NCBI GenBank assembly: GCA_009838735.1
Contig: VXQZ01000031.1
Location: 1,207-65,206, forward strand
DNA from: Chloroflexota bacterium
Lineage (GTDB): Bacteria > Chloroflexota > Dehalococcoidia > Bin125
Length of the DNA stretch: 64,000 bases
Direction of reading: 5' to 3'
How positions within the stretch are numbered: the first letter of the stretch is position 1; the number at the start of each line of letters is the position of its first letter. The notes beneath the pieces were generated by a model that saw only the letters and a list, made by a program, of their open reading frames with translations, was not told the DNA's origin and ran no database searches. The translations under genes and the position numbers were made by a program. Below, piece after piece: positions 39,957 to 50,300 of this stretch.

Positions 39957-40547
39957 ATGAGAAGCCAGGAATCGCTCAACGAACTCCGCTACCTCCGACG
40001 CATCCAGGAGGACGTCGAGGACCAGTGGCGCGCCCGACAACCCGACCTCGACCGTCTGCACCGCCTCATGGCCCTGCTCTACACCAGCCACGGACTCGTC
40101 TGGAAATCGCACGGCTGCTCCGGCGCCGGCGAGCATGATCCTTACGCCGGTGAGATCGTCGAACTCGCCCTGCGCATTGAAGCGTCATCCCAACGAGGCG
40201 CGCATCGCGCCTTCAACCTGTTCGAGCAGTGGCGCTGCGAGGCCTGTAGCTGGAACTGCAACGCGCTCTACACGCTCTGGGCCACGACGGCCGAACCAGC
40301 CGCCGAGTTTCAGCCGCTCGACGCCATCGACGACCACCGCCTGATGCACGAACGAACCAATCAGGGACTCGATCAGCCCCTCCCCGAAGCCCTCGACATC
40401 CGCAACAACGCCGCCAGCATCCGCCTCGAAGCCAACACCCAAATCGCCGACCGACTCGCCCACTGGACCCACGCAGGCCTCCTCAGCGACAACGTCGACG
40501 AGCGTTACCAGACTGAACTCACCGAACCAGCCGCCGTACCAGCCTGA
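39957..40547 (+). CDS. hypothetical protein with Cys/His cluster
   Basis: ORF with host-like codon usage. HGCSGAGEH and CEACSWNC motifs. The track start at 39840 overlaps the crotonase; M at 39957 is preferred. Confidence 0.45.
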   Translation: MRSQESLNELRYLRRIQEDVEDQWRARQPDLDRLHRLMALLYTSHGLVWKSHGCSGAGEHDPYAGEIVELALRIEASSQRGAHRAFNLFEQWRCEACSWNCNALYTLWATTAEPAAEFQPLDAIDDHRLMHERTNQGLDQPLPEALDIRNNAASIRLEANTQIADRLAHWTHAGLLSDNVDERYQTELTEPAAVPA

Positions 40548-40552
40548 TTGCC

Positions 40553-41740
40553 ATGACCTACCTCCCCCTTGACCACCTCTTCGTCCTCGACCTCACCCGC
40601 GCCCGCGCCGGCCCCACCGCCACACGACAGCTCGGCGACTGGGGCGCCGACGTCCTCAAGATCGAGCAGCCCGAAGTCCCCGGACAGGGCGAAGGCGTCA
40701 CCGGCGCTCGCGAGTCCTCCGACTTTCTCAACTTGCACCGCAACAAGCGCTCCCTCACCCTCAACCTCAAGGAGCCCGAGGCCGTCGAGATCTTCCTCAC
40801 CCTCGTCGAGCGCGCCGACGTCGTCGTCGAGAACTACCGCGCCGACGTCAAACGACGCCTCGGCATCGACTACGACGCCTGCCGCGCCCGCAATCCGCGC
40901 ATCGTCTACGGCAGCATCTCCGGCTTCGGCCAGGACGGGCCCTACGCCTGGCGCGCCGGCGTCGACCAGATCGCACAGGGACTCGGCGGGATCATGTCCG
41001 TCAACGGACTGCCCGGCTCCGGACCCGTCCGCGTCGGCATCCCGATCGCCGATCTCACCGCGGGCGGCTTCCTCGCCCAGGCCATCCTCATCGCCCTGAT
41101 CGAGCGCGAGCGCTCAGGCGAAGGCCAGTGGGTGCACACCTCACTGCTCGAGGCCCAGATCGCCATGCTCGACCTCCAGGCCACCCGCTGGACGATCGAC
41201 GGCGAGGTCCCGCCTCAGGCCGGCAACGACCATCCCACGCTGATGCCGACCGGCGTCTACGAGACCGCCGACGGACACATCAACATCGCCGCCTCGGGCG
41301 GCGTCATGTACACCCGACTCTGCCGTGCCATCGGCGCCGAGGAACTCCTCGACCACCCCGACTACACCAGTTCCGTCCGCCGCTCCAAGAATCGAGTCGC
41401 GCTCAACGAGGACATCAACCAGCGCACCCGCACCAACACCTCCGAGCACTGGATCCAGTGCCTCAACGAGGCCGGAGTCCCCTGCGGACCGATCTACGAC
41501 ATCCCCGGCACCTTCGAGGACGAACAGGTCAAGCATCTCGGCATCGCCCGACAGGCCCCGCATCCCGAGCGCGGAGAAATCACCGTCGTCGGACAGCCAA
41601 TCAACATGGCCCGCACCCCACAGCCCGAGAAGATGCGCCTCGGCACACCCGCACTCGGCCAACACAACCAGGAAGTCCTCTCCGACCTCGGCTACACGCC
41701 CGAAGCCATCGCCGACCTCCGCACCCGCGGCGTCATCTAA
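40553..41740 (+). CDS. CoA-transferase family III (CaiB/BaiF)
   Basis: N-terminal LDLTRARAGPTATRQLGDWGADVLKIE, the canonical family III start. 395 aa. Confidence 0.9.
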   Translation: MTYLPLDHLFVLDLTRARAGPTATRQLGDWGADVLKIEQPEVPGQGEGVTGARESSDFLNLHRNKRSLTLNLKEPEAVEIFLTLVERADVVVENYRADVKRRLGIDYDACRARNPRIVYGSISGFGQDGPYAWRAGVDQIAQGLGGIMSVNGLPGSGPVRVGIPIADLTAGGFLAQAILIALIERERSGEGQWVHTSLLEAQIAMLDLQATRWTIDGEVPPQAGNDHPTLMPTGVYETADGHINIAASGGVMYTRLCRAIGAEELLDHPDYTSSVRRSKNRVALNEDINQRTRTNTSEHWIQCLNEAGVPCGPIYDIPGTFEDEQVKHLGIARQAPHPERGEITVVGQPINMARTPQPEKMRLGTPALGQHNQEVLSDLGYTPEAIADLRTRGVI

Positions 41741-41764
41741 CCGCCCACCCACAGGAGACCAACC

Positions 41765-42571
41765 ATGAAGAACCACGTCCCCCTCGACACCGACAAGATG
41801 CTCGCCTGGTCCGAGGACGGCATCGGCTGGATGGTCTTCAACAACCCCGAGAAGCTCAACGCGATGGGCGTCGCCATGAACGCGGCCATCCCCACGATCA
41901 TGCACAGCTTCCGCGACGACCCCGACGTCCGCGTCGTGGTCATGGCCGGCGCCGGCGACCGCGCCTTCGTCTCCGGCGCCGACATCTCGGAGTTCGAAGC
42001 CCAGCGCTCCAACCCCGAGACGATCAAGAAGTACGACGAGATCGGCGCCGCCGCCGGACGCGCCTACGGCGAGCTGGACAAGCCGATCATCGCCATGATC
42101 CAGGGCTTCTGCATGGGCGGCGGACTGCTCACCGCCCTGCGCGCCGATCTGCGCATCGCCTCCGACGACTCTCAGTTCGGCGTCCCCGCCGCCCGCCTCG
42201 GCCTCGGCTACGGCTACGGCGGCGTCAAGACCCTTTGCGACCTCGTCGGCTTCCCCGCCGCCCAGGAAATCCTGCTCACCGGCAAACGCTTCCCCGCCGC
42301 CGACGCCGCCCGCTGGGGCCTCGTCAACCGCGTCACTACCCTCGAAGACCTCGAACCCACCGTCCACGACCTCGCCGCCACCATCGCCCAGAACGCCCCC
42401 AAAACCATCCGAGCCATCCGCCGAGCTATCCAGGAAATCCCCAAAGACCCCGACCATCGAAACCTCGACGAAGTCAACGCCCTCGTCCAGGCCTGCTTCG
42501 CCTCCAACGACTACAAAGAAGGCCGAACCGCCTTCATGGAAAAACGGCGCCCAGTCTTCCAGGACGCCTGA
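41765..42571 (+). CDS. enoyl-CoA hydratase/isomerase family protein
   Basis: VSGADISEF, GFCMGGGLLTALRADLRIA and FMEKRRPVF. Confidence 0.85.
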   Translation: MKNHVPLDTDKMLAWSEDGIGWMVFNNPEKLNAMGVAMNAAIPTIMHSFRDDPDVRVVVMAGAGDRAFVSGADISEFEAQRSNPETIKKYDEIGAAAGRAYGELDKPIIAMIQGFCMGGGLLTALRADLRIASDDSQFGVPAARLGLGYGYGGVKTLCDLVGFPAAQEILLTGKRFPAADAARWGLVNRVTTLEDLEPTVHDLAATIAQNAPKTIRAIRRAIQEIPKDPDHRNLDEVNALVQACFASNDYKEGRTAFMEKRRPVFQDA

Positions 42572-42645
42572 TCCCAGGGTCCCCTCTTCCCGAGGGAGAG
42601 GGTTAGAGCCTGCCCCCGCGAAGGCGGGGGGTGAGGGCCGCTCAG
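42572..42645. repeat. GC-rich hairpin element (family member B) plus canonical stem-loop terminator CCCCCGC-GAAG-GCGGGGG (42613..42630)
   Basis: cccctcttcccgagggagagggttag hairpin followed by a perfect 7 bp stem with a GAAG tetraloop, immediately after the crotonase stop. Confidence 0.55.
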
Positions 42646-42748
42646 CACCGTCTTTCCCCTACACCATGTTCCTGACCTGAACAGGAAGCAGGAACCACCC
42701 TCGCGCCCTCCCCTAACTGCTAGGCTTCACCAGCACGCGGGCTGGGGA

Positions 42749-44881
42749 GTGGTCAGTTCCATGTCGAAGCCGTCGCTGCGTGTCGGTGCCTTGCTCCTGA
42801 TTCTCATCTCCTTCGGCTTCGCCGCCGAGCCTGCCCAACTGCAGAGTCCGCCGAACTCCGACGAGATTGACCTGGCCATCGCCGCGCGAATCGACGATCG
42901 AGGCCGAGTCGAATTCGGGGTGATCCCTCCTGGTGGCCAGGCCTTCGACTCCGAGCTGCCCAGCGCCCGCTTCCTGCCCCTCAACCTTGTGCAGTCCAGA
43001 ACGTCGTGGCGCTCCAGCAGTCCCGTGACGATCTGGTTCCCGGGCCAGGATCCGGAACGCCTGACAGTGCGCGTCGCCGCCCGCGGCACCGGCGACGACA
43101 CCGTCGAGTTCGCGCTGCAACTCCAGGACGATGCCGGCGCCTGGGGACCTCGCCTGTCCCCCACCCGTCGGATACTGCCCTTCAGCGTGCCGGTCGGCCG
43201 ATGGTTCCGCAGCACCCCCGTCAGGCTCGATTTCTCGCCTCCGGCACCCACAATCGACGAGATCCTCTGTTCCCCCGAGTCGCCCAGGGCCACGGAACAG
43301 CTGACATGTCGGGCAGAAGTGAGCGGCGAGTTCACGCGCTACGCCTGGTCCGCCCGCAGCGGAGCCCACGGCGGCAGCCGGTCGACGTTCTCGACGTCAT
43401 TCCCCACCGCCGGGCATTGGACCGTCCAGCTGACGGTCGAAGGACCCGGCGGTTCCACCACCGCGACTCGAAGCCTGTACGTCCAACCCCCGCTCCCGCC
43501 GGTGGTCGAGGCAATCACCTGTCTTCCCACCGAAGTCTTCATCGGGGACCCCGTCACATGTCGGGCGCAGGTACGTGGCATCTTCGACGAACTCACCTGG
43601 GACTTCCCCGACAACGTGCAGCTCAACAACAAGGAGCCGTTCACGATAGAGCTCCCGGCCGAGGGCTCCTACCGCATCGCCGTCATTGCGACCGGTCCCG
43701 GCGGAGACAGCATGGAGCGCGAGACCCTGCTCACGGTTGTCTCACCGCCGCGCATCGAAGCCGTCGACTGCTTGCCCAAGGCCCCCGAGATTGGCGAAAC
43801 CGTCACCTGTACCGCCTCGGTCACGGGTTCGAACGTTAGTTATCACTGGGACGCAACTGGCAGCCCCTCAACAGGCAGTGAGCCCGTCTTCCAGACCTCG
43901 TTCGACAGCGAGGGCGGGCAGATCATCGCGCTGCGTATCGTCGGACGAGCCGGCGACGATTCCAGCTTCGACAGCGTCAGCGTCGGCAGACCAGGACCCC
44001 AGATCCAACAAATCACCTGCACCGCCACGCCTGAATATCCCGATGATGCGTTAAGGCCCGATGGAACGTCTCCCCCAAGGTCCAATTACAACATCTATTC
44101 CTGCCACGCCGAAGTCGATGAAAGCGCCGGACGGGTCACGGAGTCGGCGTGGTGGTCGGCTGACTCGGGCGTCCGCAAGCCACGGGAGTTCGATAGGTAC
44201 GCAAACAACAACCCAAGTTTTCGAATACTCCGAAGCCGCACGTCGATCCTGTTTGTCTATACCGTTCGTGGCGCAAACGGCTCGATTGACACGGCATTCT
44301 GGATGGATCGGGGCGCTCCCCGGGAAGACGGCGCGCACTGGGCTCCAAACTGGTGTGCCCCCGTATTGCCGGCGCGGGGCGAAACCCTGACCTGCGGACG
44401 GATTGGCAGCCTCTACCAGGGTCGACCGCCGTCGAGAATCTGGTGGCGCGTTGACGCGGGCCATCCGGATCTGACGGATAGCGCCATCTACCGCACGTAC
44501 TTCACCACATCGGGATTCCGCGAAGTGTATGGCGGCTATCGATATCCTCGCCCCAATGATGTGAGTGGGGCGAATCGTCTCGACCTGTGGATAGCCGACA
44601 ACGGACCGATCGCAGGACCCACTATTGAGGCTCTCAGTTGTGATCCCGTGGGCGGGTCGGCCAATGAACCGCTTCTGCTCTGCAGTGCAACCGTTGGCGG
44701 TGGTCCAATCGACTCTTACCACTGGCGAAACTCCGGCTCATATGACCGTGATCCAGGCTGGAGGCAAAGCGAAACGTTGACAATCCGTCGCTTCGTTGAT
44801 GGTCCCCGCACGTACATTCTTGTGGTCAAGGGACCAGGAGGGAGCGATGTACGACGCATAAGAATCCCGGGTAAACCGTAA
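42749..44881 (+). CDS. secreted repeat protein: signal peptide, shared N-terminal domain, then about six PKD/Ig-like roughly 85-aa repeats
   Basis: Signal peptide (LLLILISFGFAAEPAQL). Repeats share the pattern I-x-C-x-P-x(5)-G-x-x-V-T-C-x-A-x-V-x-G. The N-terminal roughly 170 aa are paralogous to the next gene. Confidence 0.75.
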   Translation: MVSSMSKPSLRVGALLLILISFGFAAEPAQLQSPPNSDEIDLAIAARIDDRGRVEFGVIPPGGQAFDSELPSARFLPLNLVQSRTSWRSSSPVTIWFPGQDPERLTVRVAARGTGDDTVEFALQLQDDAGAWGPRLSPTRRILPFSVPVGRWFRSTPVRLDFSPPAPTIDEILCSPESPRATEQLTCRAEVSGEFTRYAWSARSGAHGGSRSTFSTSFPTAGHWTVQLTVEGPGGSTTATRSLYVQPPLPPVVEAITCLPTEVFIGDPVTCRAQVRGIFDELTWDFPDNVQLNNKEPFTIELPAEGSYRIAVIATGPGGDSMERETLLTVVSPPRIEAVDCLPKAPEIGETVTCTASVTGSNVSYHWDATGSPSTGSEPVFQTSFDSEGGQIIALRIVGRAGDDSSFDSVSVGRPGPQIQQITCTATPEYPDDALRPDGTSPPRSNYNIYSCHAEVDESAGRVTESAWWSADSGVRKPREFDRYANNNPSFRILRSRTSILFVYTVRGANGSIDTAFWMDRGAPREDGAHWAPNWCAPVLPARGETLTCGRIGSLYQGRPPSRIWWRVDAGHPDLTDSAIYRTYFTTSGFREVYGGYRYPRPNDVSGANRLDLWIADNGPIAGPTIEALSCDPVGGSANEPLLLCSATVGGGPIDSYHWRNSGSYDRDPGWRQSETLTIRRFVDGPRTYILVVKGPGGSDVRRIRIPGKP

Positions 44882-44994
44882 CAACGGCTTGGCACCCTGA
44901 GCCGCTACTCAGGTCAAGCACGGGAGAGAGACCTATCGCGATTGCCAACCCCTTCCGTCGTACGATTCGTCGCACGTCGCTGTTTGACCGTAAC

Positions 44995-47301
44995 GTGCTA
45001 GCATCGGCCAACTTGCGGGCGGGACCGCGAGGAGGTCCCAACATGCACCAGGTGGTTCGTTGGCTGCTTGTGCCGCTCGCAACCGCGGCGGCCGTGCTGC
45101 TGATCGTCCAGATCTCCGCCCAGTTCTCATCGACCGATGTCGAGGTTCAACTCGCCGTCACCGCAAGAATCGACGATCAGGATCGCCTCGAGTTCGGCGT
45201 CATTCCACCCGGAGGCGCCTCCGCCGACCGACTCCTGCCGCGCGCACGCTTCCTCGCCTGGGACCAAGTCCAAACCGCCACCGGCTGGCGCAGCAGCTCT
45301 CCCGTCAGCGTGCGCGTCGGCCAACGAAGTGGCGAAACCATCGTGGTGCGCGTCGTCGCCCGAGCCACCGGTGACGAAACGGTCGAGTTCGGCCTCCAGC
45401 AGCAGACCGTCGACGGCACCTGGGGCGAACGCATCCTCCCGCCTCGCAGGCTCTTCCCCCTGACCAGCGTCGCCAGCATCTGGCTCCGCAGCCGGTTCGT
45501 CACCGTCGATGTCTCCAATGTTGGCCTGTCCGACTGCTCCATTGATCAAGAGCTCGCCATCGGCCGAGGCTGTCGATACCCGGGCAGCGACGAAGTATTC
45601 GCGGTCGACCTGCGCGGTCGCGGAACCTATCGCGGCGAGTCGGCCTCGAACCGCCTGCAAGTGCGCTTCAACGTCGGGACCGCCTTCCACCAGTTGCAGG
45701 CCGAATCCGAACGCGACGTCTGGCGAGTCACCGGTCTGGGCGTCTTGCCCCTCTGTACCAGAGATCAGATCGTTGCCCACCGCCAGACCTGCGACCACCC
45801 AGGAACCGGCGAAGAGTTCTCAGTCGCCCGCGACGGTTCGGCAACCTTCCGCGATCAGACCTATCAGTCGGGAACGATTCAGCTGGCCGACTTCGAGGCC
45901 GTCCGCAACGATCGCATCACCGGCTGGACGATGATTCGCGTCGCCGCGCCCCCTCAAATTCAGGCAATCCGCTGTTCGCCGTCGAACCCGATGATCGACG
46001 AAGTTGTGAGGTGCACGGCCGAGTCCAATGCGCTGTTTGATGCACACAGTTGGTCCGCCGCCGGTTCGCCTCGCCGCAGCTCAGCGGCCGAATATGTGAC
46101 GACGTTCGGCAATGCCCGCGACATAACCATTCGCCTCTCGGCGACTGCCGTCACCGGCGGCGAGGCAACCTCAACTGCGATCCTGCGGGTCCACGAGTCA
46201 CCTGCCGTCCATCAGATCATCTGTACTCCCGCCGAGCCGGCGATCGGCATGCCATTCGTCTGCCAGGCCCACGTCACCGGGCTGGCCAGCAGTCTGTCGT
46301 GGTACGTCGATGACGTTCTCGTTCGCTCGGGAGTGAACCAATTGATCACAACACTGGATCAGCCCGGCGAGCACCAGCTCAGATTCGTCGCCGACAGCGG
46401 TCGCGGCCCCAGCGACGAAGACGCCGTCACCCTGAGTGCCCGTGTCACGGCCGTCCAGATCAGCGCCGGCTATGGACACACCTGCGCGCTCGACGGAGTT
46501 GGCCATCTTGAGTGCTGGGGAGTCAACTGGGAAGGCCAGACCGCCGTCCCGCCTGGCCGATTCAAGCAGGTGAGCGCGGGAAGCATGCACACCTGCGCCA
46601 TCGATCGCGATGACCAGGTCCAATGCTGGGGAGAAAATCAAAGGTCTGATCGAAGCTATACAGGCCAGATTGATCCTCCCGCTGGACGCTTCCGCCAGGT
46701 GTCCGCCGGCAGTAACCACACCTGTGGTGTGCGATTCGATGACCAGGTCGAGTGTTGGGGAACCTACCTCAGCAAGAGAACTCCGTCGTTGGAAGGCAGC
46801 TATCGAGTCATTGACGCCGGAAACCGCAACACCTGCGGCATCACACTTGTCGGCGACATCCGCTGCGATAGCGGGGGAGGCCCACGCACGACCCCACCGT
46901 CCGGTCACTTCGTTCAGTTGAGCCTTCAAGAGATTCGCGCTTGCGCCATCTTCACCGATTCGACCATGTACTGCTGGAATCTGAACAGCGAGGAGTACCC
47001 GGTGACCACCCCAGGCGAATCTCAGACGTTCCGGACGGTGAGCGTCGCTGCCTGGCATACCTGCACCATCACCGTCGACCAGGAGCCCTTCTTCGACGAT
47101 GGAGAAGTCAACTGCTGGCAACATAGCGTCACGGATTTCAATCACAACAAGGGACAGACCATTCCGCCCGACGAACGCTTCGTCGACATCGCCTCCGGCA
47201 CCTTCCACACCTGCGGCATCAAGACCAACGGCAAGGTCGTCTGTTGGGGCGACGGCAGATACGGCCAGCTCGACGTCCCCGAGCGCTTCGCCGATCCCTG
47301 A
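44995..47301 (+). CDS. secreted repeat protein: shared N-terminal domain, PKD-like repeats and C-terminal RCC1-like beta-propeller repeats
   Basis: TM/signal (LLVPLATAAAVLLIV). N-domain paralogous to 42749..44881. The C-terminal roughly 280 aa carry six or more repeats of G-x-x-HTC-(A/G)-(L/I/V)...(V/Q/E)CWG-x-N-x-x-GQ, typical of the RCC1/BLIP-II family. Alternative start at M 45040. Confidence 0.75.
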   Translation: MLASANLRAGPRGGPNMHQVVRWLLVPLATAAAVLLIVQISAQFSSTDVEVQLAVTARIDDQDRLEFGVIPPGGASADRLLPRARFLAWDQVQTATGWRSSSPVSVRVGQRSGETIVVRVVARATGDETVEFGLQQQTVDGTWGERILPPRRLFPLTSVASIWLRSRFVTVDVSNVGLSDCSIDQELAIGRGCRYPGSDEVFAVDLRGRGTYRGESASNRLQVRFNVGTAFHQLQAESERDVWRVTGLGVLPLCTRDQIVAHRQTCDHPGTGEEFSVARDGSATFRDQTYQSGTIQLADFEAVRNDRITGWTMIRVAAPPQIQAIRCSPSNPMIDEVVRCTAESNALFDAHSWSAAGSPRRSSAAEYVTTFGNARDITIRLSATAVTGGEATSTAILRVHESPAVHQIICTPAEPAIGMPFVCQAHVTGLASSLSWYVDDVLVRSGVNQLITTLDQPGEHQLRFVADSGRGPSDEDAVTLSARVTAVQISAGYGHTCALDGVGHLECWGVNWEGQTAVPPGRFKQVSAGSMHTCAIDRDDQVQCWGENQRSDRSYTGQIDPPAGRFRQVSAGSNHTCGVRFDDQVECWGTYLSKRTPSLEGSYRVIDAGNRNTCGITLVGDIRCDSGGGPRTTPPSGHFVQLSLQEIRACAIFTDSTMYCWNLNSEEYPVTTPGESQTFRTVSVAAWHTCTITVDQEPFFDDGEVNCWQHSVTDFNHNKGQTIPPDERFVDIASGTFHTCGIKTNGKVVCWGDGRYGQLDVPERFADP

Positions 47302-47352
47302 CCGCCCACACCGCCTGATCGGCGCATCGGCGTGGTGTATGTGCACACCGAC

Positions 47353-50300
47353 TCAGTGCCAGTCATGGGACTTGGGCAGGGGGACATCGGCGCCGACGGC
47401 TTCGATTCGTTCGGCAGCGATGTTGGTCGTGCCGTCCCAACGGTCGATCCGACCGTGGATGATGATCAGCGGATTTGACAGCGCTCGGCGGCACCTGGCA
47501 AAGACCTCAGGGCGGACGACCGCCTGCACGTCGCCGGTCTCGTCCTCAATCGTGACGAAGACAACGCCGTCCGAGCCTTGCGGATGCTGCCGCGCGATCG
47601 GCCAACCGGCGACGCAGATGCGCTGCCCATCCCCCGCCTGATACGTCTCGGCGGTTGTCAGCACATCAGCATCCAGCCTGGGGCGGATGAACTCCATCAC
47701 GTGACCACGGGGGTAGATCCCGAGCACGCGGTACTCGCCGACCATGTTCTCGTAGTCGCTGAAGTCGTCGAACTGAGGCGGCGGGTCAGCGCTGTGGACC
47801 GGGAACGCCCGCTGGCCATTGCGTGCCGACGGAATCGAGAGTCCCGCCTCCCAGAGCGCCGCGCGGCGGTTGGGCGTGAGCGCGTCGAATGCGCCCGCCT
47901 CGATCAGCGAGCGCAGCGACTGCGGCTTGAGCCCCGTCCGCCGGACCAGCTCGCCGGCGTCGGCGTAAGGGCCGTGGCGCTCCCGTTCCCCGACAATCAG
48001 CTTGGCCGATTCTGGCCCGATGTTCTTGATCATGCCCAGCCCGAGCCGAGCCGAACCACCCTCGGGTACGCAGCGCACCTGACTGCAGTTGATGCAGGGG
48101 TTGAGAAACGGCGTCCCGAAACGGCGTGCGTCCTGTTTCAGTGTCTCGAACGGATAGAACCCCATCGGTTGATTGTTGAGCAGCGAGACGAAGAACTCGA
48201 GCGGGTGGTATCGCTTGATCCAGGCCGCCTGGTAAGCCGTGATCGCAAAGGCATGCGAGTGCGACTCGGGAAACATGTAGTGACCATTAATCTTGCCGAA
48301 GATGCGCTCGGCGATGTCAGCCGGCACACCGTTGGCCTGCGCGCCCTCGAGGAAGCGTTGACGGTGCATCGCGATCAGATGTTTGTTGTTCGGCTTGGAG
48401 AACGCGCGCCTGACCTCGTCCGCCTGAGACCCCGTCATCCCGGCGACGTCCATGATCAGTTGGACGACCTGCTCCTGCCAGACGATGATCCCGTAGCCGC
48501 GTTCCAGTGCGCGCGCTTCCAGCGGGTGGTCGTAGTCCCAGCCGGCGCCCTGACGGTAGCGCTCGACGAACTGGCTGACGGCGCTGCCCTGCGTGCCCAC
48601 GCCCGGCCGGATCAAGGCGACCTGGTAGGCGAGATCGCGCAGGTTGCGCGACTTGAGCCGCTGACCCATCTTGAGTTGAGCCGGCGACTGAAGCAGGAAG
48701 ACGCCTTTCGACTTGCCCTCGTTGATCAGGTCGTAGACGCCCTCGTCCTTGGGACTGATCCGGCTCAGATCGGGACGCTCGCCCTCGCGCTGCTCGATCA
48801 GGTCCAGCGCCTCCTCGATCTGGTCGAGCACGGGCAAGGAGAGTAGATCGATCTTGGCGAAGTTGGCGTCGGCCACACTGTCCTTGTTCCAGTCCATGAT
48901 GTAGCGGCCGGCGATCGCCCCGGCCCGCACCGGGACCAGTTCGGGGATCGGCGAACTGCTCAGGATCATCCCACCCACGTGCTGGCTCAATCCGCGCGGA
49001 GCCTCCATCAACTGCGGCGCGAGTGCGATTAAGTCGCGCCAGCCGTAGCCCTCAATCTTCTCGCGGAACGCGGGCAACTGCTCCATCTCCTCGCGCAGGC
49101 GCGCACCGTCGTGCGAGTGAATCTGCTTCGACAGCAGCCGCAGATCGTCCGGCGGCAACCCGAGTGCTTTTCCCAGATCCTGGATGATCCCTTTCACCGA
49201 ATAGGTTGAGATCGCGCCGGTCAACACCGCGTAGTCGCGGCCGAAGGACGCATGCACCCGCTCGATCAACTCGTCGCGTAGTCCGCGCGGGAAGTCGAGG
49301 TCGATGTCGGGCAGCGAGGCCATGTCATCGGGCAGGAAGCGCTCCAGCGAGAGATCCCACTGCAAGGGGTCGATGTGACTGATTCCAATCAGATAGCCGA
49401 CCAGCAGCGCCACCGATGATCCGCGTCCGCGACCGGGCGGACGCTGCTCGATCGGCGTCTCCGGCTCGACCAGCCCGCGCGCCTCCATGATCTGTTGAGC
49501 GAGACGTACGATCTCGCGATAGAGCAGCAGAAAGCCGGCCAGGTTGTGCTTCTCGATCAGACGGAACTCTTCATCGAGCCGTTGTCCGACCTCACGCGTG
49601 ACCGAGCCGTAGCGCCGGGCGGCGGCCTCCTCGCAGAGCCGTCGGAGATATGTGTCGGGCTCATAGCCCGCAGGCACTGGCGGTTGGGGCAAGGCGTAGC
49701 CCAGGTCGATGTCGAGGTTGAACTGACACTGCTCGGCGACACGACGGGTATTGCAGAGCGCTTCGGGGATGTCGGCGAAGAGCTGTTGCATCTGCGCCGC
49801 TGACTTGAGGTGGAGATGATGGTTCGGCTGGATGTGCTGCAGCGCCTGGTCCAGTGTGGTGTTGTGCTTCGCGGCGACCAGCGCGTGCTGCAGACGGTAA
49901 CGCTCAGGCCTGTGGTAGTGCACATCGTTGGTCGCTACGAGCGGCGTACCGAGCTCGCGGGCCAGTCCCACGAGCTCGCGGTTGCGTTCCAGGTCGCCGC
50001 GCAGAAAGTTCTGTTGTAGCTCGACATAGGCCGAGTCCACGCCGTACCAGTCGCGGTATTGGCCCAGCAGCTCGCGAGCCTCCGGGTAGCGCCCCGCCAG
50101 GACGAGTCGCGAGAGTGGTCCATCGCGTCCGCCACAGAGCAGCACGAGGCCTTCGGCATGTTCGGCCAAGCGCGCCGGATCGAGCTTGGGATCACGCCGG
50201 TCGACCTCATTGGCCAGCGTGAACAGGCGCGAGAGATTGGCGTAGCCTGCGCGGGTCTTGGTCAGCAAGACGAGGCGAGAGCCATCTGTCAGGGTCAATT

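Noticed and set aside
41141-42457. 438-aa minus-strand ORF spanning the CoA-transferase and crotonase genes
   Set aside because: Antisense to two strongly supported plus-strand genes. The product is a G/D/A/V-rich low-complexity translation.
47578-48846. 422-aa plus-strand ORF inside dnaE2
   Set aside because: Antisense to the PHP/polymerase domain of dnaE2. No motifs. A high-GC artefact.
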